This document shows positions 1-10,178 of a DNA stretch of 64,000 nt, one piece after another. The stretch's first letter is position 1. Each line of letters opens with the position of its first letter. The stretch lies in the IMG/VR virus record IMGVR_UViG_3300024270_000002; one strand, written 5' to 3'. The DNA is from a virus. Lineage: Duplodnaviria > Caudoviricetes. The position numbers and the translations under genes are program-made. The notes under the pieces were generated by a model. It searched no databases. It saw only the letters and a list, made by a program, of their open reading frames with translations, and was not told the DNA's origin.

Positions 1-2
1 CT

Positions 3-308
3 GTCGCGAAGCACGCTGCTGAAATGGATATGTGGCGAGTTATTGCTGCTGAGAAACAGGCTTTGCAGGACCAAAATAAAAGACTAATTGCGGATACTGA
101 GGAGCTCTATAAAGAAATGGTTGAACGAATAGCTGAGGAGCGCAAAATTGAGAGAAAGCTTACTCTAAGACGAGTACATGCAAATCTACAGAGATACACT
201 GAAAGTGTTGGTGAGTGTACTACTGATTCCCCGCTCGCGGAAACTTACTCAGTAGTTAGAGAAGAAGATATTAACCAAGTAATAAATGAAATGCTGGAGG
301 ACTGTTGA
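3..308 (+). CDS. hypothetical coiled-coil protein (5'-truncated by window)
   Basis: Open frame runs to the window edge; overlaps next ORF. Confidence 0.6.
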   Translation, partial: VAKHAAEMDMWRVIAAEKQALQDQNKRLIADTEELYKEMVERIAEERKIERKLTLRRVHANLQRYTESVGECTTDSPLAETYSVVREEDINQVINEMLEDC

Positions 309-643
309 TGAGAAAGATACTTAAGCCTACGCCGAAAACAAAAGCTTATCTTGACTCACTTCCAAAGATTTATGGTATTTTCTTGTGGGCCAAGTGGGGA
401 ATACTAGAGCTGCCATGGTCTGGTAAGTATACTAAAGGTGATATTGCTGTTCCTTTAGTTTATCATTACTATGATGCCAATGGAACTTGCGATGAATATC
501 ATCTTGTACCAATTACTCGCTGCTCAAGCGGCGCCTTTTGGGATTGGTACGAAACTAAAGAAGGTGCAAAGTACGCGCAGGACAAACTTAATGAAGCATT
601 AAAGAGAGGAGAATACGGATATGACGAACTTAGAGAAGATTAA
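305..643 (+). CDS. hypothetical phage protein
   Basis: ORF in tightly packed + strand operon, GGAGG RBS. Confidence 0.7.
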   Translation: MMRKILKPTPKTKAYLDSLPKIYGIFLWAKWGILELPWSGKYTKGDIAVPLVYHYYDANGTCDEYHLVPITRCSSGAFWDWYETKEGAKYAQDKLNEALKRGEYGYDELRED

Positions 644-947
644 GAATATGGATCTCGACCAGCTTGCCGAGTGGCTTGATAAGCATGGGATGTTTGATCA
701 CTCACCTTGGAATGACTGGTGGGATAAAAACTATTGTTCTAAGTGTGAGCCTATTGAATGCCACTATGCAGATGCCAAAGAAAAGCTTGGTATTGAGCCC
801 TATTTCCATGATGATACTGTTGAGTGCGCTTATTGTGAACTTGCTGATGAGTCAGGAATAACGAGATGTAGATTTTTTCCTGATATGAATGATGTACCGA
901 ATAATGTAGAAGTTATTAAAATGTGGCTTGAAAAGGAGGCAGAATAA
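621..947 (+). CDS. hypothetical phage protein (MTNLEKIK start, Cys-rich)
   Basis: Overlapping ORF with RBS. Confidence 0.7.
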   Translation: MTNLEKIKNMDLDQLAEWLDKHGMFDHSPWNDWWDKNYCSKCEPIECHYADAKEKLGIEPYFHDDTVECAYCELADESGITRCRFFPDMNDVPNNVEVIKMWLEKEAE

Positions 948-1208
948 ATGAGTTACTATTGTGAAACTTTTGAGCGACCGGAGATTGGAGAAACTATTTA
1001 TTTTATCGGCTACGGTATTGTAGAAGCTCTTAAGGTTGTAAAGATTACTACGGAAGAAACCGAAGAGCAGTTTATTGGATACGTGGATGCTTGCAGACCT
1101 GACGGTACTACTGAGAGTATCGGCTTTAATGCTTTTGGTGAGCTTGCTTTTCGTTGGAAGTGCGATGCAGAAGCAGCTTTGAACCCGGAGGTGGAAGAAG
1201 ATGCTTGA
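948..1208 (+). CDS. hypothetical protein
   Basis: AAGGAGG RBS, abutting ORF. Confidence 0.7.
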   Translation: MSYYCETFERPEIGETIYFIGYGIVEALKVVKITTEETEEQFIGYVDACRPDGTTESIGFNAFGELAFRWKCDAEAALNPEVEEDA

Positions 1209-1497
1209 AGAACTTGCCAAAGAATTTGAGTTTACTCTTTGGAGTACTGCTAATACTGAGAAAGGAAAATCTTATCAGTATATGGATCCTATCGGTATTA
1301 ATATAATTTTTAATGAGTGGGACCAAAGTTTTGAGCTTAAGTGGCTTATTCCTAAATCTATTTTTACTATCGAGTGCCCAAGCTGTTCGCCTTATACAAA
1401 CAAAGAACACTTTCAAAAAATTTACTTAAAGTTCTGGCGCACTATTCGAGCTTGGAATGTAAATATGCCTGAAAGATACGTGAGGGAAGAACTATGA
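1201..1497 (+). CDS. hypothetical protein
   Basis: Overlapping ORF with GGAGG RBS. Confidence 0.7.
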   Translation: MLEELAKEFEFTLWSTANTEKGKSYQYMDPIGINIIFNEWDQSFELKWLIPKSIFTIECPSCSPYTNKEHFQKIYLKFWRTIRAWNVNMPERYVREEL

Positions 1498-1703
1498 AAA
1501 AGAAACAATATTTGTATGCAATTTCTTATTGGTGCACCGATAAGGAAGGACGTAGTGGACAGAGCTGTAGCTTAATTACTCGTCCCAGTAAGATTAATAC
1601 TGTTCTTGATTTTAATAATATGTCTGACTATCTTAGAGAACATAATCAGTTTAGGACTATTGCAATTTGTAATATCATGCTGCTTGGAAAGGTGAAGGCA
1701 TAG
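1494..1703 (+). CDS. hypothetical protein
   Basis: ATGA overlap with upstream gene. Confidence 0.65.
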   Translation: MKKKQYLYAISYWCTDKEGRSGQSCSLITRPSKINTVLDFNNMSDYLREHNQFRTIAICNIMLLGKVKA

Positions 1704-1858
1704 TGAAAATGTGTAAAAATTGTGATAACTACATATGCAAAGCTTATCACGGTACTTGCAGTAAATATAGATTTGTAAGATTTATTAAAGCTATTCCAGA
1801 CAGTATTATACGAACTTGGGATTATTTCAAGACAATTCCTTTTTGGAGGTGGTTTTAA

Positions 1859-2284
1859 ATGATTAAAACAATTAAGAAAATTGATTTAAACGGTAATGAA
1901 GTTTGGCAGGAAGTTTGTGTCTGCAATCGTTGTAAAAAGACTTTAGAACCAACTGATTTTGTAAATGAAACTAAGTGGACTGCTTGGCATCCAGTAAAAA
2001 TGGAGCCTGGTGTAGCTTACGGCTTTGGTCAAGGGTCTAATCCTGTAAAGCATATTTGTGAGCGCTGCAAACAACAGGTAGAGGCTTTTCTTAACGGTGA
2101 AGACATACAAAAAGAAAGACAGGCATTGAGTAAGCTTTCTACTGATAACCTTAAGAAAATTAGAAATAGTTTTATGTGTGGTACTTACCTCGCTGATGAG
2201 ATTGATGAAATCCTTAAGAGCAGAGACCGATTAGGCGCTCATGATGTTTTTCAACCCATTCCTCTAAGAAAGCAGTGGCCATAA
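1859..2284 (+). CDS. hypothetical Zn-finger protein
   Basis: CxxC...CxxC; GGAGGT RBS. Confidence 0.7.
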   Translation: MIKTIKKIDLNGNEVWQEVCVCNRCKKTLEPTDFVNETKWTAWHPVKMEPGVAYGFGQGSNPVKHICERCKQQVEAFLNGEDIQKERQALSKLSTDNLKKIRNSFMCGTYLADEIDEILKSRDRLGAHDVFQPIPLRKQWP

Positions 2285-2457
2285 TGACTATTAAGACGTG
2301 TAAAGATTGTAAATATTTTATGGGTATGGGAGACTGGGATCTTTGTTGTGCAAAGCCGCCTGCGAGAGCTAAAGAAAGCTGGTGTGGTTTTCTATGTTAT
2401 GAGGATACAGAGGCTTGCGAAAACTTTAAAGAAAAGGAAGAAGCTAAAAATGAATAA
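2275..2457 (+). CDS. small Cys-rich hypothetical protein
   Basis: CKDC...C...CENF pattern typical of small phage ORFs. Confidence 0.6.
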   Translation: MAIMTIKTCKDCKYFMGMGDWDLCCAKPPARAKESWCGFLCYEDTEACENFKEKEEAKNE

Positions 2458-2590
2458 ATGTGATTTTTGTTTGCACTCAGTAAATAAAAAGGGTACATGT
2501 ATTTGTCCATACAGTTTTTGTGTTTTGTCTCAGGCAACTATAAAAGAAATATTGGATAAGATTGTGAGGATATCAAATGGCAATAAATGA
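2450..2590 (+). CDS. small Cys-rich hypothetical protein (MNKCDFC...)
   Basis: Internal ATG of track ORF 2348..2590 overlaps upstream stop. Confidence 0.5.
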   Translation: MNKCDFCLHSVNKKGTCICPYSFCVLSQATIKEILDKIVRISNGNK

Positions 2591-2789
2591 CAGCTTTGCT
2601 TTACATAAAAAGCTTCCTGAGATTTGTAATGGCACTGACTATGAACTTAGTGAGCTTAATGAGATTGCTTGGGAAAAGGTCAGCGAAGAGTCTGCTCTCG
2701 GCGTAAGCGCTATTACTTATATTGACCCTAATGATACTATTGTCAAGAAAGTTTGGCACGATGGTATGACTGAATATTATTATACTTAA
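2577..2789 (+). CDS. hypothetical protein
   Basis: Overlapping ORF with GAGG RBS. Confidence 0.6.
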   Translation: MAINDSFALHKKLPEICNGTDYELSELNEIAWEKVSEESALGVSAITYIDPNDTIVKKVWHDGMTEYYYT

Positions 2790-2799
2790 GGAGTTTATT

Positions 2800-2997
2800 A
2801 TGGGATGTAAGTATTGTACTGAATATGAAGACCTGCCGGAACGTATTATAAATGGCGAGCCGGTTGGTAAAGTATTTGATACATGTATTCAGGAAGATGA
2901 AAATGGTTGGCATATTGAGGTGCCGTCTGGTTATGATATAGGAATTAAGTTTTGCCCTTATTGCGGTAGAGAGTTGAAGGAGGCGTCGAATGACTAA
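2800..2997 (+). CDS. small Zn-ribbon protein
   Basis: CKYC...IKFCPYCGREL. Confidence 0.7.
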   Translation: MGCKYCTEYEDLPERIINGEPVGKVFDTCIQEDENGWHIEVPSGYDIGIKFCPYCGRELKEASND

Positions 2998-3385
2998 TAA
3001 AAAGAGACTTACTCAGCTAATTTGTGAAAGCTATCAGACAGATGAGTGTATAGCTCACTGTAATTATGGACCTTGCTGTACTTGTGAGCGTATTGCTAAT
3101 TACTTAGTAACTAGCGGAGAAGTAATTCCGCCTGTAGATGTAGGAGATAAAGTTTGGTACATTAACGGTGGTTATTATAATTCTGCCCGTCAGGAACCGC
3201 GTGAGATAGAAGTTACCGAGATAAGTAAAAAGAAGAGTGGTAAAACTATTGACTGGGCTTTTATTGCCAACAGAACAAGATATAAATTTTCTAGTATTGG
3301 TAAAACAGTATTTCTCACAAAAGAAGCTTGTTTGGCAGCAATTAATAATAAAAAGAGCAAAAATTTTAAACAGCATATTGTATAA
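2990..3385 (+). CDS. hypothetical phage protein
   Basis: PxxVGDKVW...IGKTVFLTKE motif common in phage accessory ORFs. Confidence 0.7.
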   Translation: MTNKKRLTQLICESYQTDECIAHCNYGPCCTCERIANYLVTSGEVIPPVDVGDKVWYINGGYYNSARQEPREIEVTEISKKKSGKTIDWAFIANRTRYKFSSIGKTVFLTKEACLAAINNKKSKNFKQHIV

Positions 3386-3420
3386 TAAAATATAAACAAA
3401 TTTTACTAAGGAGAAAATAA

Positions 3421-3750
3421 ATGAAAATTTTTGGTGTTGACTTTGTAACTAAGAAGGAACTTAAGGCACGTAACGCAGAACTTACGAGTGAAATTGAAGC
3501 TCTTACTGATGAGCTTAATGATGTAAACGGGTCGTTTCCTTTTGACCTTGGACAGATCGTGTATGATGTTGCCCTGAAGAATGCTCAGGGTAGATATACT
3601 AAGACTAAGCCTTCAAGAGAGCATTGCACTATTACTGAAGTAGAGGTCAATGAGAAGAACTATTTTAGTCTTGTAAGACGTCTGAATAATAAGGATGTAT
3701 TTTTCAGTCTTAAAGACGCCGAGAGCTATCTTGACCACGTTTGTAAGTAA
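3421..3750 (+). CDS. hypothetical protein
   Basis: AAGGAG RBS downstream of TTGTATAAT promoter. Confidence 0.75.
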   Translation: MKIFGVDFVTKKELKARNAELTSEIEALTDELNDVNGSFPFDLGQIVYDVALKNAQGRYTKTKPSREHCTITEVEVNEKNYFSLVRRLNNKDVFFSLKDAESYLDHVCK

Positions 3751-3752
3751 TT

Positions 3753-4817
3753 ATGTATAAGCTGTTAGACAATATTATGCTAGTCTGCAGAGATGAAGAG
3801 CACCATAAAAGTACTGAAGCTTTGCAGGCGTATCTTGTAGATCCTTCTAATAAGAGTCAGCTTAAGTCTGCTCAGCGATGGGCTACTTATACTGAATATG
3901 GTGATCACGTTAAAACAGAGTCCGGCAAGTGGGAGTATACCTGGATTAAAGAGCACAAGCCTATTGAGCATACTTTCGGTAATCAGCACTTCAGACTTGA
4001 GCTCCTTGACTGTGCCGGTGGAAGTTCTCAGGGTGGAAAGCTCAGCTTTTGGAATTGTATCGTATCAAAAGATGACCAGAAATTTAAGATTGGTATTAAT
4101 TCTGAGATGCTTCTTGAGCTTTTGAAGAATGCAACTTTTGTTAAGGGAGTTTGTCAGGACGACTTGCTTTTTGTGACTGATAACGGCAAGGTAGGCATGT
4201 GTGCAGAAGGTTCTGAAGTACATAGATCTGCTATCAAAGATATGGAACTTAAGGCAGAGGCTAAGAAGAACGCTGTTTCTAAGTTTTCTTTCGGTGACAT
4301 TATAACAACACCTACTCTAAGAGAAGTGTATCTTGGTACAGTTACTCAGTATTATACTTTTGACCCAGGCAGCAATAGTCGATATAACTATTCGCATATG
4401 TATTATCGAGATTACACTATTACTAAGCTAGCCAAGCCCATTACGTACCATGTTTTTGACTCGGTCTACGGAAATAAAACTAAGGTATCTGAATTTCTTA
4501 ATGATTACGGTACTTCTCGCTGGTATTCTTATCCAGATTTTAAGAAAACTTGTCCAAAGAGAACTATTGAAGGAAAGCTTGAAGTAGATTGCTCAGAAGA
4601 GTATTTTAAAGAAGAGCTAATAAAGAAGATCTATGATTACGCGGCATTTGAAAAGTATGCTAATGAATCCTATATTAGGCCTGACAATCGAGTGTTATAT
4701 TATTTCTTGAGTAAAGAAGAATTTGGTCTTGGTTTTGAGCCTTTCGAAATCCCAGAAGATATTATATACAAGATTAAGGCAGCCGGCATTAAGTATGTAG
4801 ATGAAACAAAAAATTAA
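3753..4817 (+). CDS. hypothetical protein (354 aa)
   Basis: Long ORF in operon. Confidence 0.8.
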   Translation: MYKLLDNIMLVCRDEEHHKSTEALQAYLVDPSNKSQLKSAQRWATYTEYGDHVKTESGKWEYTWIKEHKPIEHTFGNQHFRLELLDCAGGSSQGGKLSFWNCIVSKDDQKFKIGINSEMLLELLKNATFVKGVCQDDLLFVTDNGKVGMCAEGSEVHRSAIKDMELKAEAKKNAVSKFSFGDIITTPTLREVYLGTVTQYYTFDPGSNSRYNYSHMYYRDYTITKLAKPITYHVFDSVYGNKTKVSEFLNDYGTSRWYSYPDFKKTCPKRTIEGKLEVDCSEEYFKEELIKKIYDYAAFEKYANESYIRPDNRVLYYFLSKEEFGLGFEPFEIPEDIIYKIKAAGIKYVDETKN

Positions 4818-4893
4818 ATAAAACATTAAAAATAACATCACTGGTATTGTATAATATATCAGTGATGTTTTAATTATGCGGAGGAGAAAAGTT

Positions 4894-5271
4894 ATGGCAC
4901 TTGATATTGATGAGATTATAGTTAATTATAATAAGGGAGTATATACTTATAAAGCAGATATTCCTAAAAAAGTAAAGCCGGATCATGTATTTGATGAGGA
5001 GCTTTCTGTTAAGCGTAACCGTGAGCTTGCGCAGGAGCATAATGACAACGTAGATAGACTGTGGCGAGATAAAAACAGAATTCAGCACGAGCTTGATGAG
5101 CGACTAACTTATGACGTAGTGGTTTATATGATGGAAAATTATGACCTTACCGAACGTCAGGCGAAAATTGTTGAGAATTTTGTTTATCAGCACTATCACT
5201 CTTATATGAGTGATTACTTTGGCTATATCGATACTTTTGCTGATCTTGCTAATGACCTTGTTAAGAGCTAA
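4894..5271 (+). CDS. hypothetical protein
   Basis: GGAGGAG RBS before ATG 4894. Confidence 0.7.
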   Translation: MALDIDEIIVNYNKGVYTYKADIPKKVKPDHVFDEELSVKRNRELAQEHNDNVDRLWRDKNRIQHELDERLTYDVVVYMMENYDLTERQAKIVENFVYQHYHSYMSDYFGYIDTFADLANDLVKS

Positions 5272-5282
5272 GGAGGAAACAA

Positions 5283-6308
5283 ATGACTGATTTTAAAGAG
5301 ATTCTTAAAACACCTGAGTACGAATTTTTGAAAACGAATCCGCACTTGGGCCATAATATTATTTTATTGGGCCTCGGTGGAAGTCATGCATACGGAACTA
5401 ATGTAGCAGGCTCAGACATTGATATCAGAGGAATTGCGCTTAACTCTAAAGAAGAGATTCTTGGCGCGGCTAATTTTGAACAGGTAGTTAATAATGAGAC
5501 TGACACTACAGTTTATTCATTGAGAAAGATTGTTTCTTTGCTTACTTCCTGTAATCCTAATACTATTGAGTTGTTGGGGCTGAAACAAGAACACTATTTG
5601 TATCTTTCATCTATCGGCCAGGAACTTCTCGATAATAAGAAGCTTTTCCTTTCAAAGAGGGCTAAGTATTCTTTCGGCGGATATGCCTTTAGCCAGCTGC
5701 GTAGACTTAATAATAAGGCAGCAAGAACAATTGCGCAGGCAGACAGAGAGCAGCATATCCTTAATAGTATTACGGCAGCTACTTATGTTTGGCCTGATAA
5801 ATATGGCTGTTTTAAGACCGGTGAGGGAGTAAAACTTTATCTTGATGACTCTGAGCAAAACGACATGGATAAAGAAATTTATATGGATATTTTCCTTACA
5901 CACTACCCGCTCAGAGATTATAAAGCAATGTGGGCAGACATGAAAAATATTATCTCTGACTATGATAAAATCGGGCATAGAAATCAGAACGCGATCGAGC
6001 GAGGAAAGCTTGGAAAGCATATGATGCATCTTGTAAGACTTTACTTGATGTGCCTTGATATTCTTGAAAAGGAAGAAATTAATACATATAGAGAAAATGA
6101 TATTCCTTTCTTGCTTGATATTCGTAATGGTAAATTTCTAGATAAGGATTCTCAGCCGCTTCCTGAATTTTATGATATGGTAAATGAGTATGAGAAACGC
6201 CTTGAGTATGCTGCTGAAAATACTTCTCTTCCAGAGAAGCCTGACTACGATGCAATTAATGAATTTCTTATGAGTGTTAATGAAAGGGTTGTTAAAGGTT
6301 TAGTATGA
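5283..6308 (+). CDS. Pol-beta superfamily nucleotidyltransferase (RlaP/YcgL-like, RNA-repair associated)
   Basis: GGSHAYGTNVAGSDIDIRG motif; NPN..ELL; KHMMHLVRL helix. Confidence 0.85.
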   Translation: MTDFKEILKTPEYEFLKTNPHLGHNIILLGLGGSHAYGTNVAGSDIDIRGIALNSKEEILGAANFEQVVNNETDTTVYSLRKIVSLLTSCNPNTIELLGLKQEHYLYLSSIGQELLDNKKLFLSKRAKYSFGGYAFSQLRRLNNKAARTIAQADREQHILNSITAATYVWPDKYGCFKTGEGVKLYLDDSEQNDMDKEIYMDIFLTHYPLRDYKAMWADMKNIISDYDKIGHRNQNAIERGKLGKHMMHLVRLYLMCLDILEKEEINTYRENDIPFLLDIRNGKFLDKDSQPLPEFYDMVNEYEKRLEYAAENTSLPEKPDYDAINEFLMSVNERVVKGLV

Positions 6309-6703
6309 AAAAGTTATTTGTGAGTGTGCCAATGAAAGGCCGCACTGAAGAAGAAATTAAGTATAGTATTGCAAAAATGCACCGTATTGCAGAAGCTTAC
6401 GAAGGTGAAGAGCTGGAGCTAATTGACTCTTGGGTGGATGAAGCTCCGCCTGCAGACTGTAATAGAAGTGCTTGGTATCTTGGAAAGTCTATTGAGAAAC
6501 TAGCTACGGCAGATGTGTTTATCGGAGTTAGTGATCTCAGCGGTTGGCCTGGCTGTAAAATTGAGTCTGACGTTGCCAGAGCTTATGATGTTAAAAGTTA
6601 TAGCGTGGATACTAAAATTGTTGTTGACTATGGTCCAATAGTACAAAGAGCTTTTCTGAATGCTACTTATAATACTATTAATAATGAAAGGAATAACGTA
6701 TAA
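6305..6703 (+). CDS. DUF4406 / nucleoside-deoxyribosyltransferase-like protein
   Basis: KLFVSVPMKG start; GCKIE..A motif. Confidence 0.55.
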   Translation: MKKLFVSVPMKGRTEEEIKYSIAKMHRIAEAYEGEELELIDSWVDEAPPADCNRSAWYLGKSIEKLATADVFIGVSDLSGWPGCKIESDVARAYDVKSYSVDTKIVVDYGPIVQRAFLNATYNTINNERNNV

Positions 6704-7332
6704 TGATTGAGTATAATAAGATTGATACTCTCTATAAGAGAGATATGGAGGGCTCCAAGAAGCTTCTTGAGGGCGAGTTTAGAAACCCTACAGTAGAGTT
6801 TTTGAAGGATAATATTTGGACATTTACCGAGAAGGTAGATGGAACAAATATCCGCGTATATTGGGATGGACATAAGGTACAGTTTGGCGGGCGTACCGAA
6901 AGAGCTCAGATTCCGTCTGACCTTGTGAATTATCTTAATTCTGTTTTCGGCACAAATGAGGCTGAGCAGATTTTTGAAGAGAAGTTCGGTGAGACTGAGG
7001 TAATTCTTTTTGGTGAGGGTTATGGTCCTAAGATTCAGAATGGCGGCCTTTATAGAAATGATGTAAGCTTTATCATGTTTGATGTGCTTATTGCCGGCAA
7101 CTACCAGCCCAGAGAGTCTGTTGAGGATATTGCAAAGGCCTTTGGTATTGATATCGTTCCTATTATCTTTGAGGGCACTATTCAGGAAGGTGTTGACTTT
7201 GTAAAGGGTCATCCTGACTCTACTATTGGAACTGCAAAAATGGAAGGTCTCGTAGGTCGCCCAAAGATAGAAATGAGAGATCGCTGCGGTAAGCGAGTTA
7301 TTGTAAAGATTAAGTGGGAAGATTTTAAGTAA
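6703..7332 (+). CDS. ATP-dependent RNA ligase (Rnl2-like adenylyltransferase domain)
   Basis: Motif I TEKVDGTN, FGEGYG, FDV, EGLVGRP, IVKIK. Confidence 0.85.
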   Translation: MIEYNKIDTLYKRDMEGSKKLLEGEFRNPTVEFLKDNIWTFTEKVDGTNIRVYWDGHKVQFGGRTERAQIPSDLVNYLNSVFGTNEAEQIFEEKFGETEVILFGEGYGPKIQNGGLYRNDVSFIMFDVLIAGNYQPRESVEDIAKAFGIDIVPIIFEGTIQEGVDFVKGHPDSTIGTAKMEGLVGRPKIEMRDRCGKRVIVKIKWEDFK

Positions 7333-7345
7333 ATTGTGCATAATT

Positions 7346-7375
7346 GAGCGTGGTAGAAATTACTGCGCTCTTTTT
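7346..7375 (+). terminator. intrinsic terminator
   Basis: GAGCGTGGTA/TACTGCGCTC hairpin followed by T-run. Confidence 0.7.
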
Positions 7376-7433
7376 GTAAAATTAGCAGCTTACCTACTGT
7401 ATAATATTTAAGAAAAAGAAGGTGAGGTAAGAA

Positions 7434-8258
7434 ATGATGCTAAAAAGAAATACTAATTTAATTGTTAAGTTACTGCTAATTGTTATTTTTGTCGGTCTAC
7501 TTGTAGTTATTTTTGTTATAGCTGGCAATATGGAAACAGCTAATAGTGCTTCTATTAAAGTACCTGCCAGAGAGACGCAGAGAAAAGTACTTATTGATTC
7601 GCCTAAGCTTTACACAGAATTGGATTATGTCTGTTACTTTGACCCAGAACCTACGGAAGAATACCTAAGTAAAGTTCGGGCTAGTATTTGTAAACTTGAG
7701 AGTATAAATAAAGATGCTTATACAACTAAAGCGCGTAATGCAATGGCAAAAGAACTAGTTAGACTAAAAGGCATAGAAACGAGAATGGCTTCCGACTTGA
7801 CTAAATATTTAAAGTGGGAAGAAGAACATTACTACGCAGCTAAAACTTGGGAGTTTTTAAGACAAAGAGATTTTAGCCAAGAAGTGACCTGCGGTATTAT
7901 TGGCAATATGATGATAGAAACTTCAGGAGGCAGTTTAAATCTTAAACCTGAAATATATAGCCCGAGCGGCAACTACTATGGTTTATGCCAATGGTCTCGT
8001 AAATACTATCCTGAAGCTCATGGTCTTGCTTTTGAGCATCAGTTGGATTACTTACTCGGTAGCATGCAATGGGAATTTAATACTTTTGGTAAAAATTATG
8101 AGAACGGTTTTAAATATGACGACTTTCTAAAAATGACAGATTCTGCTGAAGCTGCACTTGCTTTTGCCAAGTCTTATGAAAGATGTGGGCCTGCTAGTTA
8201 TGAAATGCGTCAGAAGGCGGCAGTCAAAGCCTATGAATATTTTGACCTAAACTCTTAA
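7434..8258 (+). CDS. membrane-anchored phage tail-type lysozyme
   Basis: N-terminal hydrophobic helix; GIIGNMMIET...GLCQW...FAKSYER. Confidence 0.75.
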   Translation: MMLKRNTNLIVKLLLIVIFVGLLVVIFVIAGNMETANSASIKVPARETQRKVLIDSPKLYTELDYVCYFDPEPTEEYLSKVRASICKLESINKDAYTTKARNAMAKELVRLKGIETRMASDLTKYLKWEEEHYYAAKTWEFLRQRDFSQEVTCGIIGNMMIETSGGSLNLKPEIYSPSGNYYGLCQWSRKYYPEAHGLAFEHQLDYLLGSMQWEFNTFGKNYENGFKYDDFLKMTDSAEAALAFAKSYERCGPASYEMRQKAAVKAYEYFDLNS

Positions 8259-8334
8259 AAATAAAGTACTCTATTTTTATAGGGTACTTTTATTATTTTA
8301 TTATTGTATTATATATTGTATATAACTATAATTT

Positions 8335-8703
8335 ATGGAGGATTTAACCTTGATTTATACGTCTTATTTTTCATCGCGTAAGTACAAGACCGAAGATGGC
8401 GTGGCTATAGCAAGATGGTGTAGCTTTTGGTCTGGATCTAAGTTTTCTGCTCTTGCACCCAGTGAGGAGCTTCTCGAGTGGTGGAAAAGTCTTCCATTTA
8501 AAGATCGAGAAAAGGCAGAACCTAAGTGGCATTATGAAAAGCTATATAGAAAACAGACTTTGAGTAAACTTGATCCGAAAGAAGTCGCAAGGCTTCTTGA
8601 GGGTAAGACTCTTCTTTGTTTTGAAAAGTCTGAGGATTTCTGTCATCGACACATTGTTGCTAAGTGGCTACAAGAGGCCGGCTTTGAGTGTGAGGAACTA
8701 TAA
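8335..8703 (+). CDS. DUF488-family protein
   Basis: IYTSYF...LAPS...LLCFEK..FCHRHIVAKWL. Confidence 0.75.
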   Translation: MEDLTLIYTSYFSSRKYKTEDGVAIARWCSFWSGSKFSALAPSEELLEWWKSLPFKDREKAEPKWHYEKLYRKQTLSKLDPKEVARLLEGKTLLCFEKSEDFCHRHIVAKWLQEAGFECEEL

Positions 8704-8791
8704 TGTAGCCTACCTGTCGTTTATGTAATCATTAACTTACTAAATTTATTTGCTAAATTAAATAGAAATATGTTTAAATTGGAGTAAATAA

Positions 8792-9688
8792 ATGATTGGT
8801 TATATATACTTGACTACAAATAAATTAGATGGTATGCGTTATATAGGTAAACATCATGCAACAGCCTTTGAGCCAGAAAAGTACTTAGGTTCAAATAAGC
8901 ATTTACAGGCATCAATTAAAAAGCATGGTCGTCATAATTTTGACTGTAAATTATTACAAGAATGTTTTACAGATGGCGAATTAAATTGCGCTGAAAAAGC
9001 TTGGATTGATAAATACGATGCAGTAAATTCTCCACTATTCTACAATATCGCAGAAGGCGGTGAGGGTGGACGTGTGATGCTCAATCGAATAGCGATAAAT
9101 AATGGCTTAGTTGAAAAACGTATACTTAAAGACGAGCATATCCCAGATGGCTTTGCTTTAGGTGGTTTAAAACGTAAGGGTGGAGAAAAAGTAAGCGCCG
9201 CCAAAAAAGGCAAACCTAGCAAGAGTCGTGGAAAGCAGTGGTTTAATAACGGCATCGAGCAGACTATGGCTGATTGTTGCCCGGTAGGCTGGGTAGCAGG
9301 AAGATTGGATAATTTTTGTTCAAACAAAGAAAAAGAATTATATAATAATGGCATGGAACAAAAATTTTTTTCTGTCTCCGATGAAATACCTGAGGGTTGG
9401 ATAAAGGGAGCCCTTCAAGGGTTAGTTGTTTCTAATACAAAAGGCAGAGTTGCATACAATAATGGGTCTAAACATATCTATTTAAAAGTTGGTGAAGTTC
9501 CGCCCGAGGGCTTTGTACGTGGCTATTCCGCTGAACGCAAAAAAATAAATAGCAGCTCTGCTAGTCGATACAGTATAGGTAAGCATTGGTATAATAATGG
9601 AGTAGAACAACGCTATTTCACTGAGGGCGATACCATACCGGAGGGTTGGAAACCTGGCTGCTGCAAGACTAAAGTTAATAAAATCTAA
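8792..9688 (+). CDS. GIY-YIG (Seg-like) homing endonuclease with five NNG..P.G(W/F) repeats
   Basis: GYIYLTTN...YIGKH...YLGS...FYNIAEGG. Confidence 0.85.
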   Translation: MIGYIYLTTNKLDGMRYIGKHHATAFEPEKYLGSNKHLQASIKKHGRHNFDCKLLQECFTDGELNCAEKAWIDKYDAVNSPLFYNIAEGGEGGRVMLNRIAINNGLVEKRILKDEHIPDGFALGGLKRKGGEKVSAAKKGKPSKSRGKQWFNNGIEQTMADCCPVGWVAGRLDNFCSNKEKELYNNGMEQKFFSVSDEIPEGWIKGALQGLVVSNTKGRVAYNNGSKHIYLKVGEVPPEGFVRGYSAERKKINSSSASRYSIGKHWYNNGVEQRYFTEGDTIPEGWKPGCCKTKVNKI

Positions 9689-9714
9689 TTAAACTTATAT
9701 TTATGGAGTTATTT

Positions 9715-10113
9715 ATGCCAAAAAGAAAATCATTGTCACCGAAAGTACGCGAGGCAGTTTATCAGAAATATGACGGGCACTGCGCTTATTGCGGAAAGAA
9801 ATTAACTTATAAAGAGTTTCAGGTAGATCATCTTATTCCAGTACAGAGAGAAAGGTTTGGAAAATATATCGAAGAGCAACTTGAGAGATTCGAAAATTAT
9901 ATGCCGACAGATAGAGTTTGTAATCATTACAAACGTGCGCACTCCCTAGAAACTTTTAGAAGATATATAGAAGAGATTCCTATGAAGCTTGAGAGGGATA
10001 ATTATATTTATAGGATAGGTAAAAAGTATAACCTTATTGAAGAGCACCCGCGAAAAATTGAGTTTTATTTTGAGCAAGTTGAACGCGAAAAGAATAACCA
10101 CATAATAGAATAA
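9715..10113 (+). CDS. HNH endonuclease
   Basis: CAYCG...VDHLIP...N...CNHYK. Confidence 0.8.
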   Translation: MPKRKSLSPKVREAVYQKYDGHCAYCGKKLTYKEFQVDHLIPVQRERFGKYIEEQLERFENYMPTDRVCNHYKRAHSLETFRRYIEEIPMKLERDNYIYRIGKKYNLIEEHPRKIEFYFEQVEREKNNHIIE

Positions 10114-10178
10114 AAATTGTACTAAAATTAACTGCTAAATTATTTGATAAAAACTCTTATGAAAGGAGTTACTTTTAG

